A stretch of 63,975 nucleotides of DNA, the filler included, from Octopus bimaculoides (lineage: Eukaryota), in the NCBI RefSeq assembly GCF_001194135.2. It is 8 parts of 8 records of this genome, joined end to end, with 100 filler letters (N's around TTAATTAATTAA, not from the genome) between each part and the next. Parts side by side here need not be neighbours in the genome. Positions count along the whole stretch, not along the records: positions 1 to 4,442 come from NW_026309895.1; positions 4,543 to 17,502 come from NC_068994.1; 6 more parts are not named here. One strand, 5' to 3'. Made by a program: the position numbers and the translations under genes. Shown piece by piece: positions 1 through 13,588 of this stretch (positions within the stretch are counted from its first letter, which is position 1; each line of letters starts with the position of its first letter). The notes beneath the pieces are model-generated. The model had not been told where the DNA came from. It made no database searches and saw only the letters and a list, made by a program, of their open reading frames with translations.

Positions 1-364
1 TATATATATATGTATATATATATATATGTCTATATATATGTATATATATAGACGCAGTGATGTGGATAAACAAATTAGATATATTAAATATAACTGTTTG
101 GGTACGAAATACAAAATATCTATATATATGTATGCATGCAAAACGAGAGAAAGCAGAAGGCTTCCAGATGATGAATGTTTAAATGTAAATATACAAATAT
201 TTATATTAATAGATCCAATTTACATAGAGTTCAAGCGACAGAAAAGATTAAGGTGGCGGGGGGGAGATAATGGTGTTATACGTTCAACAGCTGTTTCTGG
301 GGTCTCGGAGATCCATCATAATGTTGGTAGATGTAGTGCATCACAATGCTAACAGATTTTCTAG

Positions 365-910
365 CCCCCAGAAACTACTTTCTATGACCATGGAATATGC
401 ATGACGTTGATCAGGTAGAAGCTTGGGAAGATTATCATTTATGTACATAGTTCGTTCATATCATAGGAAATTTCTCTCATTATTTCAGTGGGCAGACTGT
501 TAAGATCCCCTCTATAGATAGTGGAAGACCTGAATTTTCTATAGCATCAGTGAAACCAATATCTTGCTCACGATTACTCAACTGAACTTGGTGTTTGAAA
601 TCTTCAGCAAGATCATTTCTGAAATTATTCCACAGTTCAACAGGATTACTTATTTCCTAATTTTTGAGAATAATAGCAAAAATATCTCTCAAACTCTTTG
701 GTGTTTTTGATATTGAAGCTTCTTCCAGTATTGCTTTTCACTGCTGATCATTTGCAAAGAAACCTAACTTCAAATGCGTTTCTCGATATGTTCTGCAAAT
801 CTCACCATCATCTTCTTTCAAACATGAAGTTGGTCCTCTTTTTACACGAAGAAGCATTCTGACATGAAAGCATTCATTTTCGTTAGGATTTCGCAGCCTT
901 TATGGCTAAG
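365..910 (-). mobile_element. Decayed Helitron Rep/helicase coding fragment
   Basis: Minus-strand translation gives ECFHVRMLLRVKRGPTSCLKEDDGEICRTYRETHLKLGFFANDQQ*KAILEEAS...SLRDIFAIIL..SNPVELWNNFRNDLAEDF, then LPKLLPDQRHAY. This matches the RepHel region before the PIF1-like helicase and has in-frame stops. Confidence 0.8.
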
Positions 911-1679
911 ATCAATATATATATNNNNNNNNNNNNNNNNNNNNNNNNNNNNNNNNNNNNNNNNNNNNNNNNNNNNNNNNNNNNNNNNNNNNNNNNNNNN
1001 NNNNNNNNNNNNNNNNNNNNNNNNNNNNNNNNNNNNNNNNNNNNNNNNNNNNNNNNNNNNNNNNNNNNNNNNNNNNNNNNNNNNNNNNNNNNNNNNNNNN
1101 NNNNNNNNNNNNNNNNNNNNNNNNNNNNNNNNNNNNNNNNNNNNNNNNNNNNNNNNNNNNNNNNNNNNNNNNNNNNNNNNNNNNNNNNNNNNNNNNNNNN
1201 NNNNNNNNNNNNNNNNNNNNNNNNNNNNNNNNNNNNNNNNNNNNNNNNNNNNNNNNNNNNNNNNNNNNNNNNNNNNNNNNNNNNNNNNNNNNNNNNNNNN
1301 NNNNNNNNNNNNNNNNNNNNNNNNNNNNNNNNNNNNNNNNNNNNNNNNNNNNNNNNNNNNNNNNNNNNNNNNNNNNNNNNNNNNNNNNNNNNNNNNNNNN
1401 NNNNNNNNNNNNNNNNNNNNNNNNNNNNNNNNNNNNNNNNNNNNNNNNNNNNNNNNNNNNNNNNNNNNNNNNNNNNNNNNNNNNNNNNNNNNNNNNNNNN
1501 NNNNTTAACCCCTACATTTTTTCTCTCTCCATTTTTTACTTCTCAGCCCTTTGTGTTAAAGAGCATAGGCTCGAAATGTCAAAGACTTTTCCATTCCTCT
1601 CGAGCGTCAAACTAATACACCTGCTCGTTGTTCCCTTACTTATCTTTGTCTTTTGTTTTCTGTAAATTTGAACCGTGTT

Positions 1680-1740
<61 letters not shown>

Positions 1741-1741
<1 letters not shown>

Positions 1742-2080
1742 CTCACATAAGGAGGAGCACTCCGTCGATTACGACGACGAGGGTCCCAGCTGATACGATC
1801 AACCGAACAGCTTGCTCGTAAAATTAACGTGCAAGTGACTGAGTAATCCACAGACACGTGTACCCCTTATGTAGTTCTCAGGGAGATCCAGCGTGACACA
1901 GAACGTGACAATGCCGGCCCTTTGAAATACAGGTATTACTCATTTTTTTCCAGCTGAGTGGACCGGAGCAATGTGAAATAAGCTGTCTTGCTCAAGGACA
2001 CAACGCGTCGCCGGGAATTGAACTCACGATCTTACAATCGTGAGCCGAATACCCTAACCACTAAACCACGTGCCTTCACA
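1741..2080 (-). mobile_element. tRNA-derived SINE, family 3
   Basis: The reverse complement begins with a tRNA-like head (A box GTGGTTTAGTGG, B box GAGTTCAATTCCC) followed by a conserved TCCACTCAGCTG core. A second copy lies at about 60490-60737. Confidence 0.75.
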
Positions 2081-3304
2081 TACATACATACATATATATC
2101 TGTATATATAGTTGTATGTATATATATATATATATATATATGATTGTGTGTATGTATATATGTGTATGTATGAGTAAGTATATATGAATGTATATGTGTA
2201 TATGTAGGTATATATATAAATTTATATATATGTGTGTTTGTGTGTGTGTGGTATATGTGTATACTTATGTATAATTGTATACGAATGTATATGTCTTCAG
2301 GTGCATATGTGTGTGTACTGGCGTGAAAAGGTGATGACAATTTTATGCCTTTCTGCAACCCCAAGGCCTTCTTCATCTCACTTAAGATATCTTCCGAGAA
2401 ATATTTTGGCTGGCCTGTCTGCGCCCTGGCACTCCTTCAGAGCCAGTTACAGCTACAAACTAATTGAGATAACTCTGTGAAATAATAAGGTTGCTTTGAC
2501 ATCTTTGCTTTTAGAATGTTCGCTATACTTCGCTATAATTTCGATTGCTTCTTTTTATCGTGTTAGTTGTTGGATAGTTTATTATCAAGATCTTTCTTGT
2601 TTCCATTGTTTATACCTGTTTGAAATTTTATCTGAGGTTAGTGGATTTATACTATGATGTAATATATGAATNNNNNNNNNNNNNNNNNNNNNNNNNNNNN
2701 NNNNNNNNNNNNNNNNNNNNNNNNNNNNNNNNNNNNNNNNNNNNNNNNNNNNNNNNNNNNNNNNNNNNNNNNNNNNNNNNNNNNNNNNNNNNNNNNNNNN
2801 NNNNNNNNNNNNNNNNNNNNNNNNNNNNNNNNNNNNNNNNNNNNNNNNNNNNNNNNNNNNNNNNNNNNNNNNNNNNNNNNNNNNNNNNNNNNNNNNNNNN
2901 NNNNNNNNNNNNNNNNNNNNNNNNNNNNNNNNNNNNNNNNNNNNNNNNNNNNNNNNNNNNNNNNNNNNNNNNNNNNNNNNNNNNNNNNNNNNNNNNNNNN
3001 NNNNNNNNNNNNNNNNNNNNNNNNNNNNNNNNNNNNNNNNNNNNNNNNNNNNNNNNNNNNNNNNNNNNNNNNNNNNNNNNNNNNNNNNNNNNNNNNNNNN
3101 NNNNNNNNNNNNNNNNNNNNNNNNNNNNNNNNNNNNNNNNNNNNNNNNNNNNNNNNNNNNNNNNNNNNNNNNNNNNNNNNNNNNNNNNNNNNNNNNNNNN
3201 NNNNNNNNNNNNNNNNNNNNNNNNNNNNNNNNNNNNNNNNNNNNNNNNNNNNNNNNNNNNNNNNNNNNNNNNNNNNNNNNNNNNNNNNNNNNNNNNNNNN
3301 NNNA

Positions 3305-3456
3305 TATGCTGGAGCACCACCTTTAGTCGAGCAAATCGACCCCAGGACTTATTCTATCGGACTCTTTTGCCGAACCGCTAAGTAACGGGGACGTAAACAC
3401 ACTATCATCGGTTGTCAAGCGATGTTGGGAGGACAAACACAGACACACAAACATGT

Positions 3457-3497
<41 letters not shown>

Positions 3498-3660
3498 CGG
3501 TGGGCTTCTTTCAGTTTCCGTCTACCAAATCCACTCACAAGGCTTTGGTCGGCCCGAGGCTATAGTAGAAGACACTTGCCCAAAGTGTCACGCAGTAGGA
3601 CTGAACCCAGAACCATGTGGTTGGTATGCAAGCTACTTATCACACAGCCACTCCTGCGCC
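3305..3660 (-). mobile_element. tRNA-derived SINE, family 1 (internal microsatellite)
   Basis: Head GGCGCAGGAGTGGCTGTGTG, central (TA)n/(TG)n, and a 3' part containing GGTGCTCCAGCAT; more than 15 copies occur in the window. Confidence 0.85.
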
Positions 3661-3689
3661 TATCTATCTATCTATCTATCTATCTATCT

Positions 3690-4160
3690 GTCTGTCAATA
3701 TGTGTTTAATGTGAGGAAAAGATTATTAAGTATGTTGAAGTACAATGTAGTGTATTGTTTGTAGCCAGAATCATGGATATTATGGGAAGTACAATCAAAG
3801 AGATTGCAAGCCTTTCAAGTGTGTGCAGTTAAATGTCTTTTGAGAATATGATGGATGGAACATTAAAAAAGAACACTCACAAAAAGTGAAATACGAATTG
3901 CAGAAGAGAATTGTATTAGAGTCCATCACAGAAAGAAAACTAAAATATTTTAGACATATCACAAGGAAAAACAAAATGTCGTTCACAGAAACTTTAATGG
4001 AAAGCGAAGTGTAAGAGAGAAAGGAAAAGAAAAACCGAGAATTATAGCGATGGATAATATCAAGAAATGGACAGACTTAAGAAGCACAGGAGAGATTGTG
4101 AGGGCAATCTATGCTCTTCCATCTGCTGAATAGAAGGAGCGGCTGATGCTGATGATGATA
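3690..4160 (+). mobile_element. 3' fragment of an RTE-clade LINE
   Basis: Translates as SITERKLKYFRHITRKN...KPRIIAMDNIKKWT, resembling the RTE RT C-terminus (KLRYFGHI..GRPR..W.DNI..W), and ends in a (TGA)n-like tail. Confidence 0.65.
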
Positions 4161-4350
4161 GTGCTGCTGCTGCTGCTGCTTTGCTGTTCTGCTACTATAC
4201 TGCTCTGTTGCTGCGGTTCCGCTGCTGCTCCGCTGTTTCGCTGCTGCTCCGCTGTTTCGCTGCTGCTCCGCTGTTTCGCTGCTACTCGGCTGCTCTACCA
4301 CTGCTGCTCCACTGCTGCTCCGCTGTTGCTGCTCTGTAACTGCCGCTACT
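4141..4350 (+). repeat. (CTG)n-based micro/minisatellite
   Basis: GCT/CTG runs with repeated GCTGCTCCGCTGTTTCGCT units. Confidence 0.85.
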
Positions 4351-4442
4351 GATATATATCTATGGTAACATTTGTTGGAATTTTAGGTTATTCTTCCTTG
4401 AAGAAAATGACTTGCTGCCTGACACCCAACATGGTTTCCGCC

Positions 4443-4542
4443 NNNNNNNNNNNNNNNNNNNNNNNNNNNNNNNNNNNNNNNNNNNNTTAATTAATTAANN
4501 NNNNNNNNNNNNNNNNNNNNNNNNNNNNNNNNNNNNNNNNNN
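4443..4542. other. Assembly gap linker N44-TTAATTAATTAA-N44 (artefact)
   Basis: A 100-bp spacer with a six-frame stop linker. The same 12-mer, flanked by Ns, recurs at 17547, 26570, 29194, 33186, 56124 and 61134. Confidence 0.95.
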
Positions 4543-4745
4543 CCGGGAGTCTATTGTTGGGGTGTTTAGTTGGGTAATCTATAGTTACCTTGATACTTTG
4601 GTGGATGGAGTTAGCTATTTGCTGGATGTTCTCCATTACGTTCCTTTTTGTTTCTACATGACCGTCACTAGAGTTGGTCCTAACTATGATATTAATGTCA
4701 TCTACATATCTGCTGTAGACTATTGAAAAGGTTGCAAGACGCAAC
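4543..4745 (-). mobile_element. Penelope-like element reverse transcriptase fragment
   Basis: ORF YSRYVDDINIIV...IQQIANSIHQSIKVTIDYPTKHPNNRLP contains the YVDD motif and the downstream segment typical of Penelope-like RTs; it is cut by a gap. Confidence 0.7.
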
Positions 4746-6118
4746 GAAAATTTTAGGAAAATAAAAATAATAAGTGGAAATTTTAACGGTGAGTGTGTTA
4801 AATTTTAAGGCACGATAAGAAAATGGCTCTCCCCAGACACAACAGTATATATACCTACTTTTTTAATTATGTGGTTTTTAAGACTTAATTTTTATCTCCC
4901 TTTGGGATGTTTCTTCCAAATTCTTTTGGCTTTGCTCTTTGAGTGCGGGATATCATGTCTCGTAATATGTTTTATAGTTTATTCCATACATTTTTATATA
5001 TATTTACGCATACACCATACTCAAGATCACACGTGCATACATATATACACATTTATATATACACGCACATACACACATGTACACACACACACTCACGCAT
5101 ATATATATACAGATATACATGTGCATATACGGGCGAAGTTATGCATGCTTAAATGCAGTTTTTTTTTTTTGCTGATTCACCTTAAAGAATTGATGTCAAA
5201 GTAAAGTTAATTTCTGTACGCTTGATAGAAGTGTATGGTGAAATAATATCCATCAATCTTAACGAAGGACAATAATTGAACAGTGGACATTTTCGACACT
5301 TTATTGTACTGTATGTAATACTATGACAACAAAAAAAGTAAAGATAACAGAAAATTGTATTCCAGAAAAAATTCCACAACTATTCTAAGTACTGAACATG
5401 ATGTCGATATCCATGCGTTCAAGCCACTTAGTCTAGAGGGACATGAAAAGCACTGCTCCCAAACTCATGAGCCGACAGGTTGACTTACTAAGACTAACAG
5501 CCAAAATATCCCTTAAATAACACCTTTCCTTCTGAGGAACCTCTAAAATTTTGGTGATTTATGGCTGGAATAACTTTAGTTATAGATTTGCTCGATTGAG
5601 GCTAACCTGTGAGTAACACTCACAGCAACAACATTCTGTTCAGATTAAATTATAAAAGAATGGACCAGCCTCTTTGCGTATTAAATTACATCGATTTAAT
5701 TAAATGAAATTACTTTATCTATTTCCATTTTGATTTGTTATTAGCTTATAAACTATTGTTTTGAAAAACGCAAAGAAATAAAAATTATATTTTATGAAAA
5801 CATTTTTTTAAATAAACGTTTCTTTTATAACCTAGACAACAAAGAAATAATGATTTCTATTTTGGGCGCTTCATTTACCGAAAAATACTCGACGCAGAGA
5901 TTCTACTCTACTCTACAGGGATGCAAAATATTTTGTTTGAAACAAGCAGTGTGTACATCATTTACCTTCCGCCAAACAGATGGATTGTGTCTCTTGAGTA
6001 ATCTGACGTTTTCTCAATTAAATCTTGAAGCAAAAAACTCAAGATGGAGCAGTTATCAATTTAAAGGTATATTTTATATATCTTTATATCTATAACTATT
6101 TATTTACATCTATCTATT

Positions 6119-6178
<60 letters not shown>

Positions 6179-6366
6179 NNNNNNNNNNNNNNNNNNNNNN
6201 NNNNNNNNNNNNNNNNNNNNNNNNNNNNNNNNNNNNNNNNNNNNNNNNNNNNNNNNNNNNNNNNNNNNNNNNNNNNNNNNNNNNNNNNNNNNNNNNNNNN
6301 NNNNNNNNNNNNNNNNNNNNNNNNNNNNNNNNNNNNNNNNNNNNNNNNNNNNNNNNNNNNNNNNNN

Positions 6367-6416
<50 letters not shown>

Positions 6417-6589
6417 ATACATACAGCTTAGCTGCACCCTCGTTACACGAGGAAAGCCATTGCCAAAAAGACTTACTGAAATGATTCATTATTGATGCCA
6501 TGTGATGCCCTTATTTGACTTTTAAGCCCAGTCAAAGTTTTACACAATTTATTACATACTGCACGGTTGTGCTGGCTTGCAGGAGAAAC

Positions 6590-9500
6590 AGGTGCCATAG
6601 TATGCACTCTCTTAAGATGTCTTTTCAGACTTCCAACTGATAGTCACACCCTTCCACATTTTACACATGTTCTGTTTTGAATTGTAATAGCCACATCACT
6701 ATCTATCACGGGTCGATTCCTGTGAGATTTTTGATGGCTGACCAGGCCTGCACGACTCAAACACCTTCTCCCACACACCGCACACACAAAAGCAACACTC
6801 TCTCATTCTCCACAGGCTCCCCTCCTTCTAAGTCCCCTCCTAATTCCCTCATACTTCACACTCTCAAACCCCATACAGTCACTATGCACTGTCTTCCTCC
6901 ATCCATCCCGGTCTTGTGCCTCCCTGTCCCAATCACCAACTGCAATTCCTGTCTGTATAAGAGCATTTTTAAGACAATCCTTAAACCTTAGTTTAGGCTT
7001 ATGCGCTGGTCTCCTGCCGTTTTCCAGCTCAATACAATAGCTGCTATGGGAGTCTCTCATTACTCATCCTTTCTAGATGTTCCCCCACCTCGAACGTCTT
7101 TGCAGAATCATTGACGCTATACTTCTACTGCCACTCCTCTCCATCACCTCCACATTACTAGTGGTCATTTTCCAGTTTATCCCCCAAATTTTTCTTAGCT
7201 AGTACTGATTACCTTACATGCCTACGGTAAACAACCCATTCCTCACTTCCATATAGCAAAGATGGCAGGGCGCACGTGTTATATACTTTAACTTTAATTT
7301 GTGAAGATATATTATGTCGTATCTACTGACGCCTATGGAGCCTACTAAAAGCCTACCAAAATCACTACATCATTATGACCAACAGTCCTCAAGGTACTTC
7401 CTAAATAAATAAATCTAGACATAGTCTCCAACCTTTGACCATTCACAGTTATAAAAGGTTCCATATACATCTTGGAGGGAGAAGGATAGTACATTATAAT
7501 AGTTTTTTTCAAGTTGATCGTTAAACTCAATGCTGCACATGCTGCAGAAATCGCATTCAGTATGTGCTGCATATCTTTCTGGGAATGTGCCAACAGGTCA
7601 CAATCATCTGCATACAAGAACTCAATGAGGTGAGAATGCAGAATTTTCGTTTTGGCATAGATTCTTTTGGGATTGAACAGTTTTCTCGTTGTCCTATATT
7701 TTATATAGACCCCTTCAGAGCAATCTTCAAAAGTTATTTGAAAGACTGTTGCAAAATACATAGCAAACAACGTAGGAGTTGGAATATCACCTTGTTTTAC
7801 ACTATTTTAGATAGAGGTTGGATCTGATAAAGCACCTCCAGCATTAATTCTCACTTCTATCTAAGCATTCTCACAAATTTTTCAGGATCTCCCAAAGTGT
7901 AATTATATTGACAGAATCAAACGCTTTCGTTAGATCAATGAAAACCTGATATAAGTCCATATCCTGTTCGATGCACTTCTCTTGCAACTGTCTAGCTGAA
8001 AATATCATATCCATAGTACTCCTACTATCCCTAATACCACATTGCGATTCTGGTATAACCTCATCAGCAATGTGCAGAAGCAATCTGTCCAGCATTACCC
8101 TACAAAGGACCTTTCCAGCAACAGCTAACAGACAGACGCCGCGATAATTATTACAGACATCCTTTTCCACCTTTCGATTTATATAGTATCTCCATAGTCG
8201 CATCATACCAATCCGGGGGGACCTCTTCACTATGTCAAACTCTTTGAATCACATCTGTCAACACTGTACAAAGATGATCACCATCACATTTATATATCTC
8301 TGCGCCTAGTCCATCCATCCATTCATACCAGGGGCTTTTCTATTGTTCAATTTCCTGATTGCCGCTTTTATTTCAGCCAAGTTTGGAATCTCTGCTGAAA
8401 GATGTTTTGTTGGTCTCTCAGGTATATTATCAAGAAAAGTAGAGGTCAACTTCAGTGGGTCTATTGAGTAACTCATCAAAATGCTCTTTCCATCTCCCAA
8501 CAATATCTTTAGGATTCGTTAATAATTCTGTGCCATCTTTGCTCTGAAGTGGCGCAACCGTTGATGAAGTTGGTCCATAAACTTTTTTCAAGTGAGAGCA
8601 AAACATTTGGAATTGTTAGCATTAAAAGCTTCTTGGATTCATCGCATCTATCACTCAACAATTTTCCTGCATTATCCTCAGCTTCCTCAGCACTGTTGCC
8701 TTTACTGCCTTGAAATGTGTAGCCACTGTCTTGTTCGCTGACATGTCAACATTTTGCAAGATGTTAAATACCCTTCGCTTCACCTCTAAGATAAGACTAA
8801 TTTCTTCATCATTATCGTCAAACCAATCTTGATGTTTTTTTACAGCAAAGCCAAGAATGTTACTACAAACTTCATATACTTTTTCTTTGAATGACTTCCA
8901 ACTTCTGTCACAGGACAAACTATTTATCTCACTTACAAACTCATTGAGTACAGAAGGTATCTTAAGTTTACTGACATCAATCCGTTTAGGTAACTTATCA
9001 TTATTTGCTCTAACCTTACAAAATTCATCTTAGCACGCAAAAGCCTATGGTCGGTTCAGCACTCTGCACCACGCATCACTCGTATAATAAGAAAGTCCTT
9101 AGTATCTCGTTTCCTAGTTAGGATGTAATCTATAAGATACTATTTCATAGAACCAGGGTGCATCCATATCATTTTATACTTATTTTTTAGTTGACACATT
9201 GTGTTCATGACACATAAATCCCTCTCTACGCAAATTTGTAATTGTAGTAAACCATAACTGTTGGAACTCACAACCCCATGCCTTCCTAAGACACCCCAGG
9301 TTTCCCAATCTGCACCAATGCGAGCATTAAAGTCACCTAAAATGACAACTTTGTCACCAGCGGAGATACTGTAAGTGATAGATAGAAGGCAAGTTTATCG
9401 TCTTCTGATGAATTCATAGTTGGAGCATATATACTTATAAGTGTTGCATAGCAACCTTTTCTTAACGGAAATCTTAAAGACATCAAACGATCAGAATGAC

Positions 9501-10200
9501 CACATAGTAGTTCTTCAAATTTTGAAGCCAAGGTGGGTTTGATTGCAAATCCTACTCCTATTTCTCTCTTATAGGTCTCATCTCTACCGCTCCAATATAA
9601 TTTCTCTACAAAATTCCCTTTTCCATGAATTCTTGTTTCGGCTAATGCTACAACATCCATATCATATCACTATAAATCTTTTTCAACAAGTGCGGATCTT
9701 CTCTCCGGACGAGATTTCAGACAATCGTTGTCTAATAAAGTTCGAACATTACAACATCCAATATTCATAGGCTTGCATCTTAACCTGAACTTACTGTTTC
9801 AGGATAACGATCGGATCTGTGGTGCCCTGGAACACCTGCCGGGCCAGACCACAGAACAGAATGTTCCAGAGCCCTTTTTGTCATTTGCTTCAGTATCAAT
9901 ATCAACTTTCATTGTGTGGTTGTGCCTTTTTAGGCTTCATTTTCTTTTTCCTCCCCAGCAATACCTGTGCTTGACGCTTTTTAAAGTGAGATAAAGATTT
10001 GCGCAGAAACTATTCCCACTCTCAAAACTACAAAGCATGATCCAAAAAGAAGAGCAAGTTGACATCATTGGGTGCAATTTGCAGTCACAGGTTTCATATC
10101 AGTGTCTTTTTCCCACTTTTTGCCCAATCAAAGGCTAACTACAAGACAGCGGTGAAGTATTTAAACTCAGAGTTACCTTCCCCTAGATAGACTGCCTTCA
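6590..10200 (-). mobile_element. Near full-length degenerate RTE-clade LINE (APE endonuclease + RT + C-terminal C2H2 finger)
   Basis: Fragments in order: NIGCCNVRTLLD..RPERRSAL, DVVALAETR, ISIYAPT, NNYRGVCLL, FIDLTKAFDSV, LYADD, KVYNTCALPSLLYGSE, PKLRFKD and CVKCGRV*LSVGSLKRHLKRVH. Many stops and frameshifts. Confidence 0.92.
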
Positions 10201-10521
10201 CNNNNNNNNNNNNNNNNNNNNNNNNNNNNNNNNNNNNNNNNNNNNNNNNNNNNNNNNNNNNNNNNNNNNNNNNNNNNNNNNNNNNNNNNNNNNNNNNNNN
10301 NNNNNNNNNNNNNNNNNNNNNNNNNNNNNNNNNNNNNNNNNNNNNNNNNNNNNNNNNNNNNNNNNNAAAAGGGGGTAAAATAAAGCAAAATTAAAAATTA
10401 AGATACAATTGAGCTAAACTAAGAATAAAATTTGAGATATGATAAATACAATTGAAAACACAATATACACAATATACACACATACAGATTGAAATACAAT
10501 ATATACAATACGCACTCACAC

Positions 10522-10575
<54 letters not shown>

Positions 10576-10847
10576 ACTCTCCACACACATCCACAAACAC
10601 ATGTTGAATGGCCGTTGATTACACTGTAGTTCTTCCACCCTTTGACGGGTGTTATTTTTGTCCCGCAGGGTGTCCAACAATCACCCACCTCACCAAGCAT
10701 ACTTGGTGGTATTGCCAGTTTAGTCGCCGACGACCCATCCATGTAACAGATTGTACTGGATTACATGGTACCAGTAGTGCTCAAGAGCCACCTGACATAT
10801 ATACATACATATACATACATATATGTACGTACATATATATGTGTATT

Positions 10848-10879
<32 letters not shown>

Positions 10880-10893
10880 TGTGAGTGCGTATG

Positions 10894-10925
<32 letters not shown>

Positions 10926-10936
10926 CATATATATAT

Positions 10937-10982
<46 letters not shown>

Positions 10983-11235
10983 GTATGTAGGTAGGTATGT
11001 ATTATGCATGCAGGTATGTATGTATTCAGTTTTAAACGATATTTGTCTTTTGTTAAAACTATTTTCCTATTTAATCATTTGTAATCTTCAGACTTGACAC
11101 TTTGTAATAGAGTCTCGTAAATTCTATATGCTAAAAATTTGCCATTTCAATAATTCTTGTCAAATAACGGACTATTCGTTTTATATAAATTTTAAGATTA
11201 TAACATTATTGAATTACAATGAAGTTCGCTCTATT

Positions 11236-11770
11236 TACGGGAGTCAGCTGAAAAGTTCATAGGATTACCAAGATATTCTCATGGAATGTGACCAAATGAG
11301 GTTTATTTTTGCACATTGTCCCTCTTGCAGTTCACACACTTCTTCTACTGGTGCTGCCGTTCTTGGATTCTAATGGTGAAGAAGCTTTCATCCTGTTGGT
11401 CAAAAAAGTCATCATCAGCAGATATGACGTCACCATCACTGCTATACTGGATCCCAGCCAACTATTTTTTCCTGTTGGGTACAGATGACAGTCAGATGGG
11501 AATAAATCAGTAGAATAGGGAGGCCGATCAATTAGTTCAACGCCACAGACATGGGCAGCAACCACTGAAAGCAAGGACTTGTGTGCTTCAGCATTATCCT
11601 GGTGAAACAAGACCCCTTTCGTCAATTTTCCAGGTCGTTTGGTCTTGATAGCTTTTTGTAACTGCCTCTACAAGTTGGCATTGTACTCTCCATTCATGGT
11701 GTGACTCTTATGAAGATATTCAATAAACACAATGCTTTTTGCATCCTAAAAAACTGAGGCTTCGAAAATA
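11236..11770 (-). mobile_element. Mariner transposase relic with terminal sequence
   Basis: GVLFHQDNAEAH...DRPPYSTDLFPSDCHLYP matches the mariner HQDNAPAH and PPYSPDLAPSD motifs; a TIR-like TACGGGAGTCAGCTGAAAAGTTC lies at 11236. Confidence 0.85.
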
Positions 11771-12714
11771 TTTTCAGGATATATAAAAATACATAAATTT
11801 ATGTATGAATATTTCAATAAAATCATGTAACATCTGCAAGAAGTACAGGCAGAAACCTAACTCGTGTACTTTTACACCTGAGAGCCTTCTACTATAATAG
11901 CCATTATGTTCCTTACGGACTAATATGAACTAATCATATGTGTGTGCCTGTACGTGTGTCTGTTGGGGTACGCGTTTATGTTTGTACCGCTTGACAAACG
12001 ATATCGGATTGTTTACGTCCCGTAACATAGCAGTTCAGTCTAAGAGACCAGACTTTAAAAATAAGTCCTGGAATCGATTTGTTCGACTAAACCCTTCAAG
12101 GCGGTGCCCTAGCATGACTTCAGTCTAATGACTGAAACAAGTAAAAGAAGAAAAGATGAAGATATCACATACACTTTTACCTACGTGTATCTTCATACTC
12201 GTATAGAAAAGTATTTCATTAGTAAGTTATTCACATAGAAGTAAAACAGGGGGCTGGTAGAAAAACACATATGATGATGTAAAACGGAAGTTTAAAACAT
12301 ATTGATAAAGTGAAAACAAAACTGTGAATATAAGAAGACTATTTATACAAAAAATGGTCATGGTGCCTAATGCTACATTCAAAATAGAAGACAAGATTGC
12401 ATTCTTCATGGCCTGATTGTAGACATGAACTTCACTTCACAATCACGTAATTGCGAGTTGGAACTCACTGCGCGATGAAACCTCACTGAATACCAATATT
12501 GTTTGGAATTTAACAGAAAATCCTTCTCCATGAGTAACTGAAAGTTCTATTACTACTTTTGTCTCTTACTCTAGCAGTATTATATTATTACTTGTCAGCC
12601 TCAATTTTTGATATGCCTCATATCATACATTCAGTAATCTAGTGTGGGGTACGGGTTCTGATCTTATTCATCTGCTTTATGGTATTTCAACTAACCTAAT
12701 TGATCTACAGCTTG

Positions 12715-12800
<86 letters not shown>

Positions 12801-13134
12801 AGCCCTTGATCTAAAATTTGGATCATTCAGCACGATATCTTTTTTCTGGTTACATTACCAACCAATTTCAATTATATTATTCTACTAATATAAACTCCAC
12901 TTCTTATCAGGCTAATTGATGCATATGACTAAAAACTTCAAACATAACGTTCTTCAACACCTAATGAGAAATTTTTATGGTAACTTCTAAAATATTGATC
13001 CACACTTCTGTTTCTAATGTATCTCATCCATCTGTTGTAATTTCTTTTTCTTTATAAACAAGAAGAACAACGTAATCCAATACAAGTCTGCCACCAGACG
13101 ACTTTGATAACTTGCTTCGCTTATTAACAAAAAT

Positions 13135-13252
13135 ATGGACTGTATTCTCACTAAAAAATTTTCATATTATTTTATACTAACTGCTATGGAACTTATCTGT
13201 GTCTCTTCTGTGCTCCCTTTGCCGCCAACAACTGAGAACAGTACAGTTCAAT
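13135..13252 (+). CDS. Candidate first coding exon of gene A (signal peptide)
   Basis: The ATG at 13135 opens MDCILTKKFSYYFILTAMELICVSSVLPLPPTTENSTVQ (basic n-region, hydrophobic core, NST sequon), ending at the phase-1 donor CAAT|GTGAGA. Confidence 0.5.
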
Positions 13253-13588
13253 GTGAGAACTTTTACATAGCCAACATGTTAGAAATAGCAGCCATATCTT
13301 CATTTTAAGGACAGCTACTCAGTAGATGGTAGTTACATCGAGAGTGATGGTAGTTGTTCTCGTTTTTATGTTTTTTCTACATTAACTGTTCTATTTTTGT
13401 TTCCTTACAAACATCATGACTTAATAATCCACCAACGTATTGACTTAATAACCCACCATTACTTTGTTTGTCATAATAGAAACTGCTTGACCAAATTTTA
13501 TTCCTACCAGTAAAATTATATGAACTACTGAATCCCATTTTGTCCGTTAGAAATAAAATCTGAAATTAAAATTATTTTATATTTGCAG

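Noticed and set aside
4487-4498. TTAATTAATTAA palindrome recurring seven times
   Set aside because: It is always centred in Ns (44 on each side where counted) and is a six-frame stop linker added during assembly, not biology.
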